From: Octopus vulgaris
Taxonomy: Eukaryota
Length of the DNA: 64,000 bases
Direction of reading: 5' to 3'
NCBI GenBank assembly: GCA_951406725.2
Contig: OX597825.1
Coordinates: forward strand, 15,686,001 to 15,750,000
The notes under the pieces are model-generated. The model was not told the DNA's origin and ran no database searches. It worked only from the letters and a program-made list of their open reading frames with translations. Below, one piece after another: positions 1 to 13,573 of this stretch. The number at the start of each line of letters is the position of its first letter. Within the stretch, counting starts at the first letter, position 1. Both the position numbers and the translations under genes were made by a program.

Positions 1-106
1 TATGTATACGTATATGTATGTGTTATATATACGCATATGTATGCCAGTGTGTGTCTATGCATATTTGTGTGTGTATGTACATATACACATACATGTATGT
101 GTACAC

Positions 107-181
<75 letters not shown>

Positions 182-865
182 TATACATATACATACATAC
201 ACAATTTTCTTTCGACTTTTATTTTTTACTTTTCTAATCTCCATTTTGGCGTTTCTATTTTGTAGATATTAATTGCAGTTTGCTTGCCTGCTTCTATTTG
301 CCTTGTGTTTTAGTTTTGCTTTTTCTTTGTAAAAAAGTTTGTTTTTTTCAAGTGTCGATATATCCACATATTACCTTTAGCAGCAACATGTAGTATAATC
401 TGAGCTAATAAATGACTGTTATCTACCTAACATATGGATTTTTCCTTAACAGTCTCATTATCAATTAAAAGACACATTTTTCAAATTATTTCTTCTTAGT
501 TTTTTTATCAGTTTATTTTACTATACAATATATGTTCTTTTAATTTTTCGACATTTTGCGTAGTTATATGTTGGCTCTCTATGTACTTCTAATGTATATC
601 AATAGACTTGCTATAAGCCTATCTTAATTCCTACTTATCAAATAGGTATTTTGGTTGATAAGTAATATATTTTTTGCTTTCGTGATCAGTTTGTTAGATT
701 TGCGTTTTAGTGAATAGGCTTATTCGATAATTCATTTTTAATTTTTTTATCAACTGAACGAAACCTGAGAAGTTTCACGTTAAAACCTACCTGTGCCATA
801 TACATAAATATACACATTGGCGTCTACACCCTGTCTACACACACACACACGAAATATATATATAA

Positions 866-925
<60 letters not shown>

Positions 926-1017
926 TCATCCATACGTACATTGCTATGTATATCCATTTTTATATCCACAAGCATGTTGTTGTTGCTGTTGCTATTGCTG
1001 TTGCTGTTGTTGTTGTT

Positions 1018-1186
1018 GTTACGTTCTGAGTTCAAATTCCGCCGAGGTCGACTTTGCCTTTCATCCTTTCGGGGTCGATAAATAAAGAACCAATTTCGCA
1101 CTGGGGTCAATGTAATTGACTTAATCCCTTTGTCTGTCCTTGTTTGTCCCCTCTATGTTTAGCCCCTTGTGGGTAGTAAAGAAATA
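1018..1186 (+). mobile_element. tRNA-derived SINE family A, 5'-truncated copy
   Basis: gttctgagttcaaattccgccgaggtcgactttgcctttcatcctttcggggtcgat...gggtagtaaagaaata; B-box-like GAGTTCAAATTCC; more than 20 dispersed copies in the window. Confidence 0.9.
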
Positions 1187-1409
1187 TATTGTTTTTGTTG
1201 TTGTTGTTGTTGTTGTTATTGTTGTTCTCGTCGTTATTGTAGCAGTAGTGTTTTTAGCTTTGTCAAAATGCAAAGTATAATCGGTAAAAAAAATGATATT
1301 ACTGATTATGCACGTACGTTAGTATCTAAATAAATGTAATTGAGAGTGTTCGTGTGGTGTATGTATTTGTGTGTGTGCGTTTGCATGAATGTGCATGTGT
1401 GTGTGTGTC

Positions 1410-1482
<73 letters not shown>

Positions 1483-2339
1483 TAAGTGTGCATATCTAAT
1501 TTTTAGCTGAATCTTCGCAAATTCCTACTCTAAGTTTCAGGTTTTACAAATTTTTACAGATTAATTCATGAATCGATCTCATATTGATGCAGAAACTAAA
1601 AAACTGCCGGAATATAAAACTGAAAAATAGAGAAGGTTTAAGATTTTAACATGCTTAACCTGTGCAATTCTATGATACAAAGCTTTCCGGTTTACAATCG
1701 CTAAGCATATTGAAACGTGTCAACAAACTCAATTTGTGTGTAATGTTTAACTGTATGTTATAATCCTTACGTCCTGTACAACCGTTTCACATTTTAAAGT
1801 CTTCTGTAAAAAGTCGTTTGACAGCATCAAAATATATTAACTTTGTACTAGTGTGTTAGATAAAAATTACTCTACAGAATATTTTTCCGAAAGACAAATA
1901 TAGCAACCACTGTTATTCATTTTGATTATGATTTCATGATGTTTAATATTCCTCTTTGTTTCAAAACACCTGTCAAATATTTTTCAAATGTATTATAGTT
2001 TTAAATGAGTTTAAATTGACTCATTATATTAACTAGAAACCAAATCATTACATTTGCTCCATCAACTGCCGACGTCAAGCAAGTAAAACGTATATAATGG
2101 ACAACTGATGATGCTTACTCCATCGGCAAGTCAGTTTTCGAATGCATAAGGAACATACGCACACACAAACACAAACGATCCTTTATATATATAGATATAC
2201 GAAGGTCTTCTTTCAGTTTTCATCTACGAAATACATCTGTTTCTACGTCTGTTTCTTTTGCTCTTTCACAGCGAAACCCAGTATTTCTATATATGTACGT
2301 ACCTACGTATGTATGCATGTATTATGCGTGCATTATGAC

Positions 2340-2769
2340 TGTATGTATGTATGTATGTATGTATGTATGTATGTATGTATGTATGTATGTATGTATGTAT
2401 GTATGTATGCGACCATGTATATATGTATATACGTATGTATATATATGCGTGACAGTATGTATGTATGTATGTACGTATGTATACATCATCATGTATGTAT
2501 GTATGTATGTATGTATGTATGCATGTATGTATGTATGTAAGTATGTATACATCATCATGTATGTATGTATGTATGCATGTATGTATGTATGTATGTATGT
2601 ATGCATGTATGTATGTACGTATGTATACATCATCATGTATGTATGTATGTATGCATGTATGTATGTATGCATGCATGTGTGTATATATGCATGTATGTAT
2701 GTATGTATGTATATATGCATGTATGTATGTATGTATGTATGTATGTATATATGTATGTATGTATGTATG

Positions 2770-2803
<34 letters not shown>

Positions 2804-2980
2804 TGTATGCATGCATGTATGTATGTATGTATGTATGTATGTATCTATGCATGTATGTATGTATGTATGTATGTATATATGTATGTATGTATGTATGTAT
2901 GCATGTATGTATGTATGTATCTATGCATGTATGTATGTATGTATGTATGTATGTATGTATGTATGTATGTATGTATGTAT
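2340..2980. repeat. (ATGT)n microsatellite with higher-order variant units
   Basis: Direct reading; the variant gtatacatcatcatg recurs three times. Confidence 0.97.
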
Positions 2981-3122
2981 GAACAAGTTCAAGTTCACTA
3001 GAACTTCACTAAGTTATGCTTATTGGTTTCTTCAGCAAGTTTACTCGCAGTAAATCACCCCAAGCAATAACTGTCCCGCTGTTATTCTTAAACACGCCTT
3101 AAAATATTAACAGCATTTTAGT

Positions 3123-3165
<43 letters not shown>

Positions 3166-3527
3166 TACATACATACATACACCCTCTCTCTCATAAACGC
3201 GCACAAACACTCATGGCCGCTGCAGTTCAACGCCTCAGAAAAGACTTGTAACATAAAACATAAAAAGTTTCAATTATCTTAATATAATGTTCAGAGCATT
3301 AAGTCTGCATAGTCCTGTTTCTGATGGCTTTGAAAGTATTTAGCTTAACCACTTTACTACTATGTTTTTATATGACCTCTATGTCTCTGCAGTTATAAAT
3401 ATTTTGTCCTATGCGATAGCTACTGCTTCCTGTTGGCAGTTTCCTCAGAAATTAACTACCATAATCTAAATTCTACGCCACTAAACATGTATGAGTGTGT
3501 GTATTATGTTTGTATACATACATACAC

Positions 3528-3892
<365 letters not shown>

Positions 3893-6800
3893 GTGAATAC
3901 ATACATATATGCATACATCTGTATTCTCTAAACCGGAAATTTATTGCTTGCTTTTCAAGAGAATAAATTTATATAAAAATTCGTTCAGAAATACATGTTC
4001 ACAAAATTCTATTTTATTGACTAAATTTCAGGAAATTACAGTGTGAAACTTTGGTTTATTTTTTGTTTTTTATATATTTTTTATTCTTTTTTTTTAAATT
4101 AACTCAAATATATATTTGAAAATATGTACTTTCAATTTTTTTTTAATATTTTATTGTCTTTTTGTAGTTTTTATCTTATTTTAATTTTTTTTTTTTTTTT
4201 ACTATTTGGCAAAGTGGGTGGCTTTTTCAAGGGAAGTGCTAATTTGTTTAAGCAGTTTGGCATTTATTAAACTATTTCACTTCTATATACTTTATAAAAG
4301 TTTGTGAAGCGAAAAAATATATAAGATTTATAACCACACATTCGTACAACTAGACAAACATATATCTCTTAGGTAAATTGCTTGTCAAAATAAGCAACAC
4401 AGCTCCAACCAAGAGGAAAACAGGCAACTATATGCATACATATTATAATATCAACATAGATATACGCGCAGAAATACATACACATAACGTATATATTATC
4501 GCCATAGCTTTTCTTTATCCATTCATTTTGTACGAGCATAGGGTGAAATGATTTGGAATTCAGCGTCTTCCCACGTATCTAGAAACTGCACAGAATATTT
4601 TATGAGGTTTAATACGTATGTATGTATGTAGGTATGTATGAATATATGTATGAGTGTGGCGTATGTGCTCTGTGTGTGTCGAAAAATAATATCAAAGTAA
4701 AATAAATTTAAACTTATTGAAACAAAGAATATGTTTGAATTGCGTGTTTACATACAAAAATATGGTAGTAAACCTATCTTGGCAAAAGTAACAAAGTACA
4801 GTGTTGAGCTAAAATATTGCCGTTATACATCGTTTATGTTTCACAGTATAACTTCCACTATGGTAATTTATATTTGTATATATTTTATATTGTATTTTTG
4901 AAAAGAAAATAAATAAATATAAAAAACGTAACGTTGCTGGTTACTGATTTCAAGCGAGCTATTCGCTGGTTCACTGCATTTTTACGATGGCTAGAGTAAC
5001 AAGGGAATGTTTGAACATCTCAAGCGGAACAAATACCAGAATTTATTTTTTGTTTGAAGAACTCAGCTTTATCGGGGGTTTTTTTCGGTTTTTTTTTGGG
5101 GGGGGGTCGTTATTTCTTTGTTTTATTTTTTCTCTTATGCTTACAAATTTCACGAGCATATACTGTCAAATTCCACAAGGTATATATTAATTAATCTTAG
5201 AGAAGTGTTATTCATCAAAAATATTCTGAAAATACTCAAGTGTGATTGTGCGGTTGAGAATCTCCTTTTGCAACTACGTGGGTTCGAGTTTAGTTTTACT
5301 CGAACCCACGCGACACCTGGTGTAAATATATTTCCAAGCCGAACAATGTGCCTTTTTTTCTTATAACTAATAATGAAGCCGGCGAGCTGGCAGAATCTTT
5401 AGCATCCCGGGCTAAATGTTTAATAACATTTCCTCCGTCTGAACGTTCTGAGTTCAAATTTCGCTAAGATCGACTTTGCATGTCATCCTTTCGGGGTCGG
5501 TAAAATAAGTAACAATCATGTACTGTAGTCGTTATAATCGACTTGCCTCTCCCGCCAAAATTTCGGGCCTTGCGCCTCTGGTAGACAGGACTTTTGTATA
5601 GCAACTGAAGGGAAGGATATTGGGAAACTGGGTTATTCATAAATGGATTTATTTTAAATAACATAATTTGCAATCAAATATTTGTTGCAGTTATATTTTG
5701 GTAATATGAAACGGAAAGAAAATCAGGACCATATTGAAATTTTATAATTGTGTAAAGCATGGAAAATTGGTCTAAAATGAACCAGAATCTCTTCATAAAT
5801 CCATTTGGTTGCAAGATTACCTCTAACTTATACTTTCTACCAGTACTAATAAAACAAACAAACAGAGATTTGAGACAAGAGAAAATGAGATAATGCCGAT
5901 GGCAGCATTCAGTAGAAAAATTCTTTAGTTCGTTGTATTTTCATAATTACTTTCATTTTAAAGAATCCAGTTTATTCTAAGACCATTTCAGTCAATCAGT
6001 TTGTTTATTTTCATAAGTGTTTTCACAATTCCAATTTTCAGATAGGAAATGCCCACTTCCAAAGGTTATCAAAGCCGCTGGCTAGATGTTGAGAGATCGT
6101 AATTACATATTGTCTCATACAATTCCACCGGTTCCACTTACCAAGAATGAAAGATAAGTTTGAAATGTATTTCCTGCTGTTCAAAATATAGATTTATTAT
6201 TCAATGTGCCTGAAGCCTCTTAGTGAGACATGCCATCTGATATTTCCAATAAATACTGGAAATACACAAAAGTGGAATATAATTATTTCTTTTTAATGCT
6301 TTCAGTTGATTTTACGTGAGGCTACAATGTTTAAGAGAGCGTGGATGGTTGAAATGATAGCAAACCAAATAATCAGACATGAATGTAACAGTGTATATCT
6401 TGCCTCTATCGCTTTGTTGCATATGTTGTTAACATTATCGATTATCATAGGGCACTGTCAGCTTCGCTGTAAAATGATTCCACTGAGCATGAATATTTTG
6501 GACAACAATGGCCCAGAAAAATCAAGGAGCGTTTTCAAAGTTTGCATTGTCTAAGGGAAATTCTTCGTATGGTTATATCTTAGCAACAGACAACTTCCAC
6601 CAGGCTGCCTTATTTTCAATACGTTAAATGATGAGCAGCCTTTAAATTTAATGACCGAAAGATTGTCAGAGACGCTGCTATTAGCAAGAGTCTGAGTGAC
6701 TCAGATGTGAATGTATATGTTTGCCTCTTTCCATGGTGCAATCTATTTCTAGAACCAAGTCAATGCTGTCCAAATGAGTCTAACTTGATAAATAGATTAG

Positions 6801-6908
6801 AATCAGGAATGTATGCATTAAACGGGAAAAGCTGAAAAGAATGCCAATCAAAAGATGGCGGAAAAATTCCAATTAAAAAAAAAATCTCTTAAGAAATATA
6901 TACATATA

Positions 6909-7139
6909 TATTTCTTTATTGCCCACAAGAGACTAAACATAGAGGGGACAAACAAGGACAGACAGAGGGATTAAGTTGATTACATCGATCCCAGTGCGAA
7001 ACTGGTACTTTATTTATCGACCCCGAAAGGATGAAAGGCAAAGTCGACCTCGGCGAAATTTGAACTCAGGACGTAACGACAGACGAAAAACCGCTAAGCA
7101 TTTCGCCCGGCGCGCTAACGTGTCTGCCAGCACGCCGCC
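6909..7139 (-). mobile_element. SINE family A, full-length
   Basis: Reverse strand begins ggcggcgtgctggcagacacgttagc (A-box region), then the B box and body, ending aaagaaata. Confidence 0.92.
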
Positions 7140-7448
7140 TCAAATATATACATATTTAATGAGTAAATATTCAAAAGTAAATTAATATCTGCGCTAATTA
7201 TAAATTGATAATTACAACAATAATATAGGTGGCTGCAGGCGTTAAATAGTATTAGATAGCTATAGATTTAAAATTCATATTTATCCTAAGGGCACACGAA
7301 GCACCTACCTGCTAGAAAGTGGAGTTAAAACCCTCAAATTAAACACCAATAACACTGAAAAATTCAACAGATAACAACACTAGAGCAAGACAAAATTTAG
7401 AACGCCAGCAGACTCCAGCGTGACGTGTTCAATTTTTCACTTGATAAC

Positions 7449-7503
7449 ATTTGCTGAAGAGAGTTGTGGGTTTTTCGCCCAAACTTGAAATTGCGATACA
7501 AGT
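7449..7503 (+). ncRNA. Type I hammerhead ribozyme, copy 1
   Basis: atttg-CTGAAGA-gagttgtggg...cccaaactt-GAAA-ttgcga-TA-caagt; predicted cleavage after 7498. Confidence 0.75.
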
Positions 7504-7933
7504 ATATCCAAAATTCCAAACTATATGGCATTAAGCTGTGATGGTATGTCAAAATTTATTTTTGCTCCTTTGCCCGACTATGTTGTTATCTGTTGAATTT
7601 TTCAGTGTCATTGGTGGTTAAGTTGAGTGTTTTAACTCCACTTTCTAGCAGATAGGTGCTCCGTGTTCCCTTATAATAAATATAAATTTTAATTGTATAG
7701 CTATCTAACGCTATTTAACGCCTGCAGCCTTCTAAGTTATTGTTGTTGTTATTATCAGTTTACATTTACTGCTGATAGTAATAACAATAACAATATCTCC
7801 ATAAATATTCGCTTTTGAATATTTACTCCTTATTATAAATATGTGTACACTGAAGTTGTTGTGAATTTGGCGCGAAACAACTCAGAACGCCAGCAGACTC
7901 CAACGTGAAAATCTAAATTTTTCCCTTGGTAAG

Positions 7934-7987
7934 ACTTGCTGAAGAGAGTTAAGGTTTTCCGCCCAAACTCGAAATCATGATACAAAT
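7934..7987 (+). ncRNA. Type I hammerhead ribozyme, copy 2
   Basis: acttg-CTGAAGA-GAGTT...AACTC-GAAA-TCATGA-TA-caaat; palindromic stem III ATCATGAT; predicted cleavage after 7982. Confidence 0.82.
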
Positions 7988-8661
7988 ATATCCAAAATAC
8001 CAACCTATATAGAATTAAGCTGTGATGATATGTCAAATCTTTTTTTTCTCGTTTGCCCGAGTACTGTTGTTATCGGTTGAAATTTTCAGTGTCGTTGGTG
8101 GTTGAGTCTTTTAACTCCACATTCTAGCAGATAGGCGATTCGTGTGCCTTTATCATAAATATATGCACATATACACACATGCATATATATATATATATCT
8201 TTTATTAAAATTTTAATACTTTTGATATATATTTAAAATAATATAAATTAATTAATCTTATGTATTGGCTTAAGTTTTTCATTGTTTGATTTGCCTAATA
8301 GTGGTTTTATCTCTAATTTAATATAACATATATATATATATATATATATATGACTGAATTCCTTCAGTTTCTAAGATACTTGTTGTACTCGTTACCGATT
8401 ATCCATTCTACACTCGTAACCATTTTATCATTCCAGAATAAAAGTATATTTAGGAAATTGATTGCAACTGAACGGGTCTGTCTCTTTAATATGGCCTAAA
8501 TTCATTTGTTACCTCTCGTTACCGTATTGGCTACAATTATTGACTGCATGTCGTTGATTATAATAGCTACGATCTCTTCCGCCAGCCATTCAGCTACGTC
8601 TCATATGTATGATATTTCTAAATATACACCTTCTGCACAGTCAGGTCTCATCAAAGCTGCA

Positions 8662-9095
8662 GGCGCAAACATGGCAGTGGGGTTACAGAAGATTGCTTCC
8701 CAACCACATGGTTCCGGATTCAGTTCCACTGCGTGGCACCTTGGGCAACTGTCTTCTACTATAGCCACGGGCCGGCTAAAGTCTTGAGTGGATTTGGTGG
8801 ACGGAAACTGAAAGAAGCCCGTCGTATATATATATATATTTATGTATGTGTGTGTGTGTGTGATTGTGCCTGTGCATGTGTCTGTGTGCCTCTATTTGTC
8901 CTCCCTCATCACAGCTTGACAAGCGGTGTTGGTGTGTTTACGCCACCGTAACTCAACGCTGCAAAAGAGACCGATAGAATAAGTACTAGGCTTTACAAAT
9001 AAGTCCTGGGGTCGATCCGTTCGACTAAAATCCTTCAAGGCGATGCTCCAGCATGACTGCAGTCAAATGACTGAGACGAGTAAATGAAGAAAAGA
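8662..9095 (+). mobile_element. tRNA-derived SINE family B (CORE-like segment, internal microsatellite)
   Basis: tRNA-like head, CORE-like gcaccttgggcaa segment, (AT)n(GT)n after gaagcccgtcgt, 3' gcagtcaaatgactga; many copies in the window. Confidence 0.88.
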
Positions 9096-9127
9096 ATAAT
9101 GACCGAAAAAGTGCAAAAGAGAATACA

Positions 9128-9490
9128 ACCGACTGAGATGGGGGTTCCTCGAAGGACGTTACTCAAGAGTGTGCGTAGCTCGGAGTTCAGGGTGTTTCTC
9201 CGGGTCGAGTCACTACTTCTCTACATTGAAGAAGTCACAGCTCTAGTTTAACGGACATGCGATTAGAATGTCGTAGGAAAGAAACACAAGGCGACTACCT
9301 CAAGCCAAGAAAAATGACAGTAAACCCAGGGTAGACGGAAAACAAGATCGTTGGACTGTATCCATAACCTCAGAAAGTCTAATGATGGTTGCTTCTCATA
9401 GGACCTTATGGAGGAGATACCTGAAGTCTCTACACTGATGGTCCTTCCAAGAATAATTGGCAGAAAAGATAGATGGATGATTGGATAGTT
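9128..9490 (+). mobile_element. RTE-clade LINE 3' remnant (Expander/Rex3-like)
   Basis: Decayed translation ...VRSSEFRVFLRVESLLLYIE..SQL*FNGHAIRMS*ER...KPR..KTRSLD...LWRRYLKSL, followed by a gatg-type tail. Confidence 0.75.
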
Positions 9491-9590
9491 CGTTTCCCCC
9501 TTTCATAGAACTAAATTCTATTCTAACAAAATAGGATAAATATTCTATATTCATTACTTTTTATGTATTTATTATTAATATCAACGAAAG

Positions 9591-9960
9591 GGCGGCGCGC
9601 TAGCAGAATCGTTAGCACGCCTGGTGAAATGCTTAGCGGTATTTCGTCTGCTGCTAGGTTCTGAGTTCAAATTCCGCCGAGGTCGACTTTACCTTTCATC
9701 CTTTCGAGGTCGATTAAATAAGTACCAGTTACGCCCTGGGGTCAATATAATCGACTTATTTCCTTTGTCTGCCCTTGTTTGTCCCCTCTGTATGTAGCTC
9801 CGTGTGGGCAGTAAAGAAATAGGTATTTCGTTTGTCTTTACGTTCTGAGTTCAAATTCTGCCGAAGTCGACTTTGCTTTGCCTTTCATCCTTTCGGGGTC
9901 GATAAATTAAGTACCAGTGAAACACTGGGGTCGATGAAATTGACTAGTTCCCTCCCCACA
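9591..9960 (+). mobile_element. SINE family A dimer
   Basis: Full unit, then a second unit joined at aaagaaatag|gtatttcg (~9822). Confidence 0.9.
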
Positions 9961-10551
9961 ATTTTTCCTGTAGTAGTAAGTAAGGGTTAATATCAACGAA
10001 GGCAGCTGGCTGACAGAACCGTTAGCACGCTAAACAAACTACTTCGTGGCTTTTTCGTTCAAATTCCACCGGGGTCGACTTTGGCTTTCCTCATTTCGGG
10101 GTCGATAAAATACGTAGCAATTGAGTACTGGGGTCGGTGTAATAGGCGAACCTCCGCCCACTAAATTGCAGCCTTGTGCCAAAATTTGAAACCAATATCA
10201 ATGAGGGCCAAATGTTATTATCTCAGCATAACAACAAACCTACGAAGCGAAATAATTTTAGAATAATTTTAGACATCATATTTTAAAAGGGGTTCTTTGC
10301 TGTCATTTGCTCTTTTGTCTTTCGTATTGGCATTCATTCGTTATTCACTACTTTGTTCACACTATTTTGTCATCGCCCTTTTGTCTGACGCACTTATGTC
10401 ATCCCACAACACCACAGTGTTTCATTAAAGAAAATTGACATAATGTTCTAGTTGTATGTGTTATATAAGCATCATTAATCGAAAGTAAAGTGCTTAACAC
10501 AGTACCATTTTTCTATATGATTCCTCGATCACTTTAATGGTTTATTATTCT

Positions 10552-10651
10552 NNNNNNNNNNNNNNNNNNNNNNNNNNNNNNNNNNNNNNNNNNNNNNNNN
10601 NNNNNNNNNNNNNNNNNNNNNNNNNNNNNNNNNNNNNNNNNNNNNNNNNNN
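10552..10651. other. Assembly gap (100 N)
   Basis: Run of exactly 100 N, a placeholder length. Confidence 1.
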
Positions 10652-10837
10652 GGTATTTCGTCCGCCGCTGCGTTCTGAGTTCAAATTCCACCGGGGTCGA
10701 CTTTGCCTTTCATCCTTTCGGGGTCGATAAATTAAGTACCAGTTACGCACTGGGGTCGATATAATCGACTTAATCCGTTTGTCAGTCCTTGTTTATTCCC
10801 TCTGCCTTTAGCCCCTTGTGGGTAGTAAAGAAATAGG
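10652..10837 (+). mobile_element. SINE family A unit
   Basis: Starts ggtatttcgtc at the gap edge and ends gaaataggt. Confidence 0.9.
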
Positions 10838-12863
10838 TCCGTCGCAGGATTACTCATTTTTGCTATCTGGGAGGCCTGGGTCCAACGGGAAATGAAGTAT
10901 TTTGCTCAAGAATACGACGTGTCTCCTGGTCCAGGAATCGAAACCACAAACGTACGATCATGAATCCAATACTCTAACCACTAAGCCACTCGTCTCCACT
11001 AAGTAAATACTAGACAGACAACAGTGAAGTATTTCTGGTGTCTAATTTCTGCCCCTCGTGAAACAAGGAGTTTCTCCTTTGCTTTTTATTTTTTTACAGG
11101 TATGGCACTTATAATATCACCCAGTTGATCACTGTCCCCATCAGTTTCTTGAATGCCTTTCGTGGGATTTACTCAATTGCATGTGTCAAGATGAGGACCC
11201 TGTTTTTTTTTGGGGGGGGGGGGAGGGGTTCTTCTTCGTTCACTCTTTCTCCGCAGACATTGACATTCATATTATATTTAGACTAGCATACAACTCACCT
11301 ATCCTGTTCGCCGTCCAAGAATTTGGACCTGGAGATCTCCATTTCCAGCGACTTCGAGGGCCACCTCCCAGTGGTGTCGGGCGTCACCGAAGAGCCTTCG
11401 ACTACAACAAGACGGCCAAAGTTTTTTTTTTTCTTTATTCTCCAAGGTCTGGGGTCTCCCGCCCCTAAGCCCTAGACCATCACCTAATCACCCTTACCCC
11501 TCTTGTTGCTTAACAACAACAACAACAGCTATCCTGGTCGAGTAGAGCAACAGTCAAAGTCATTCAATGTCTTTATAAAAAGAAAAAGGCTCTCCCCACA
11601 TCTCCTCCAGTTCTTTCACTGCCCTGTCTGCTTCCAGAAGTACAGTCGCTTTATATTTTCTACTTTTCGGGGATATTACCGATTAAAAGCATCTAAATAA
11701 TGTATGTTTCTGTTTCTCCGAACGTCATATGTTACTTCTCATTCTTTTCCTTCTAATAAAGGTTGCTATAGAAGTTAAACGATTGCCTATCATTACATCG
11801 TTTATTAATTTATATATCTAATAGAATTTCCATTCAGCTGGCAATAATCTAATTTGTGAATTGTCTACCGTGATATAATTGTCTAGACTTTATGTTTCTG
11901 ATTGTTGCTGCTGGTGATATTTTTGTTGCTGTTGTTGTTATTGATAGTGTCAATTTTATGGTTGTAGTTGTTGCTAATAATGTTGTTGTTGTTGTTGTTG
12001 TTGTTGTTGTCTAACCCCTGGCTAGCCCTGATATAGCTGTCTTATTTTTCAGACACATTGTATTTAGAAACACTTTATCCAAAGAGCCTTTCTTTAAAGA
12101 CAATGCATTAGACAATTTAATTAATATTTGACTGTTATTTTTAGCATGTGAAGTGACTACGTATAAGGTCCCTATTTGATTCGTCCCTTAAACAGCTTCG
12201 TTATTCTTCGAAGTCTTTTACATCCTTTGTTTCTAAAGTCTCATATAACCAGCTTTTCTCTTACGACAATCATCTCTAAACTGTTAGTCCATTAATTCAA
12301 GACCTTAGCACGTCACCAAATATTTAGATATCTCGGAGGCAGCGAGCTGGATGAATCGGCAGAGGCATCAGACAAAATACCTAGCGGAATTTTTTATGGC
12401 TCTTTACGTTTCGAGTTCAAATCCGGCCGAAGTCAAATTTACTTTTCATCTTTTCCTGGTCGATAAAATAAAATTCCAGTGAAATACTAAGGTTGGTACA
12501 GTCGACTTACCCCCTTTCTCTTTCTCTTTCCTTGAAATCGCTTGCCTCGAGTCAAAATTTGAAACAAATATTTAGATGTTTCTAACATTAAATTTCCCTG
12601 GTGACCAAACTCAGTAACACATTTCTGTAGTTTTTTTTTAGTTTTTTTCCAATTTCTTCACTGAACTTTTTAAAGTATTTCTTATAGTCTCAGGTGTTCA
12701 TAATAAGTAGTGAAGGAAGTAAAGGTATTTCTAATACTAGTTGAGGTCACTACGTTATTGAAACATTTTACTATTATCAAACTTTGTTTCAAATTTATAG
12801 ATATATGACCAGTAATTTTGAGAAGAGAGAGCAAGTCGAGTACATCGAACCCAGTACATGACT

Positions 12864-13163
12864 GGTAATTTAATTTTATCGAGCGTGAAACGACGAAAGA
12901 CAAAGTCGACATCTTCGGGATTTTAACTCAAAACGTAACGCGTGGAAAGAAATGCTAAACATGCAGCTATTGTAGATTCATAGACTCTACTGAAAAGATA
13001 TCTCATAAAGGATTGGTAATTCAATTTTATCGAACGTGAAACGACAAAAGACAATGTCGACATTCTCGGGATTTGAACTCAAGATGTAACGCGTGGGAAG
13101 AAATACTAAACACGTAACTATTGTAGATTCAAGGACTCTACTGAAAAGATGTCTCATAAAGGA
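12864..13163 (-). repeat. ~150-bp tandem duplication of a decayed SINE A fragment plus flank
   Basis: tggtaatt...tctcataaagga occurs twice (12864-13012 and 13013-13163). Confidence 0.85.
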
Positions 13164-13286
13164 CCGTCCACCAACATAAACACCAAACGCTTGGGAGAGT
13201 AAAATCTGTTTTTGTCTATTTGACTGTATATAGGTTTGTTTCGGTTGTACAACCGACAATAAAATGAACTACAATATTAGTAACGC

Positions 13287-13573
13287 TGTGTAACCTATGA
13301 GATATTTAGATACGCAACGTAGGAATACTATACAGGAGAAACAGCTCGAAGTTTGAGTGAAATGATTGCAGACTACGAGTGAGAATATAAAGAAAAGAAA
13401 CAAACATCTGTAATCTAGCAACGTGTTGTATGGAAATACAATAGCTCGATAAAAATGTTGAAGAATAAATTTTTCCCAGACATCTAAATGACTTAGCATT
13501 AAAACAGATTATAGAAGCTGTACAAATAAAGAAAATAAATCCTGCTCACAGACTTAACATAATGAACGACTAG
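13287..13573 (+). pseudogene. Decayed GIY-YIG endonuclease of a Penelope-like retroelement
   Basis: CVTYEIFRYAT*EYYTGETARSLSEMIADYE*EYKEKKQTSVI*Q..., then after a frameshift ...LALKQIIEAVQIKKINPAHRLN; fits the VY-x-YIGET-R-L...H...EA..I...P..N pattern of PLE GIY-YIG domains. Confidence 0.75.

Larger units (their letters stand above)
7201..8160 (+). mobile_element. PLE-derived / retrozyme-like element: inverted partial copy plus two tandem HHR-bearing units
   Basis: 7201-7380 is the reverse complement of ~7581-7762; ~7400-7680 repeats at ~7884-8160; each direct unit carries an HHR. Confidence 0.8.

Noticed and set aside
2105-2140. CTGATGA followed by a short TGC/GCA stem
   Set aside because: No GAAA box or NUH/stem III, so not a hammerhead
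5880-6850. Unique-looking stretch with an 82-aa ORF (6306-6554)
   Set aside because: No recognisable domain or splice pattern in the frames I read
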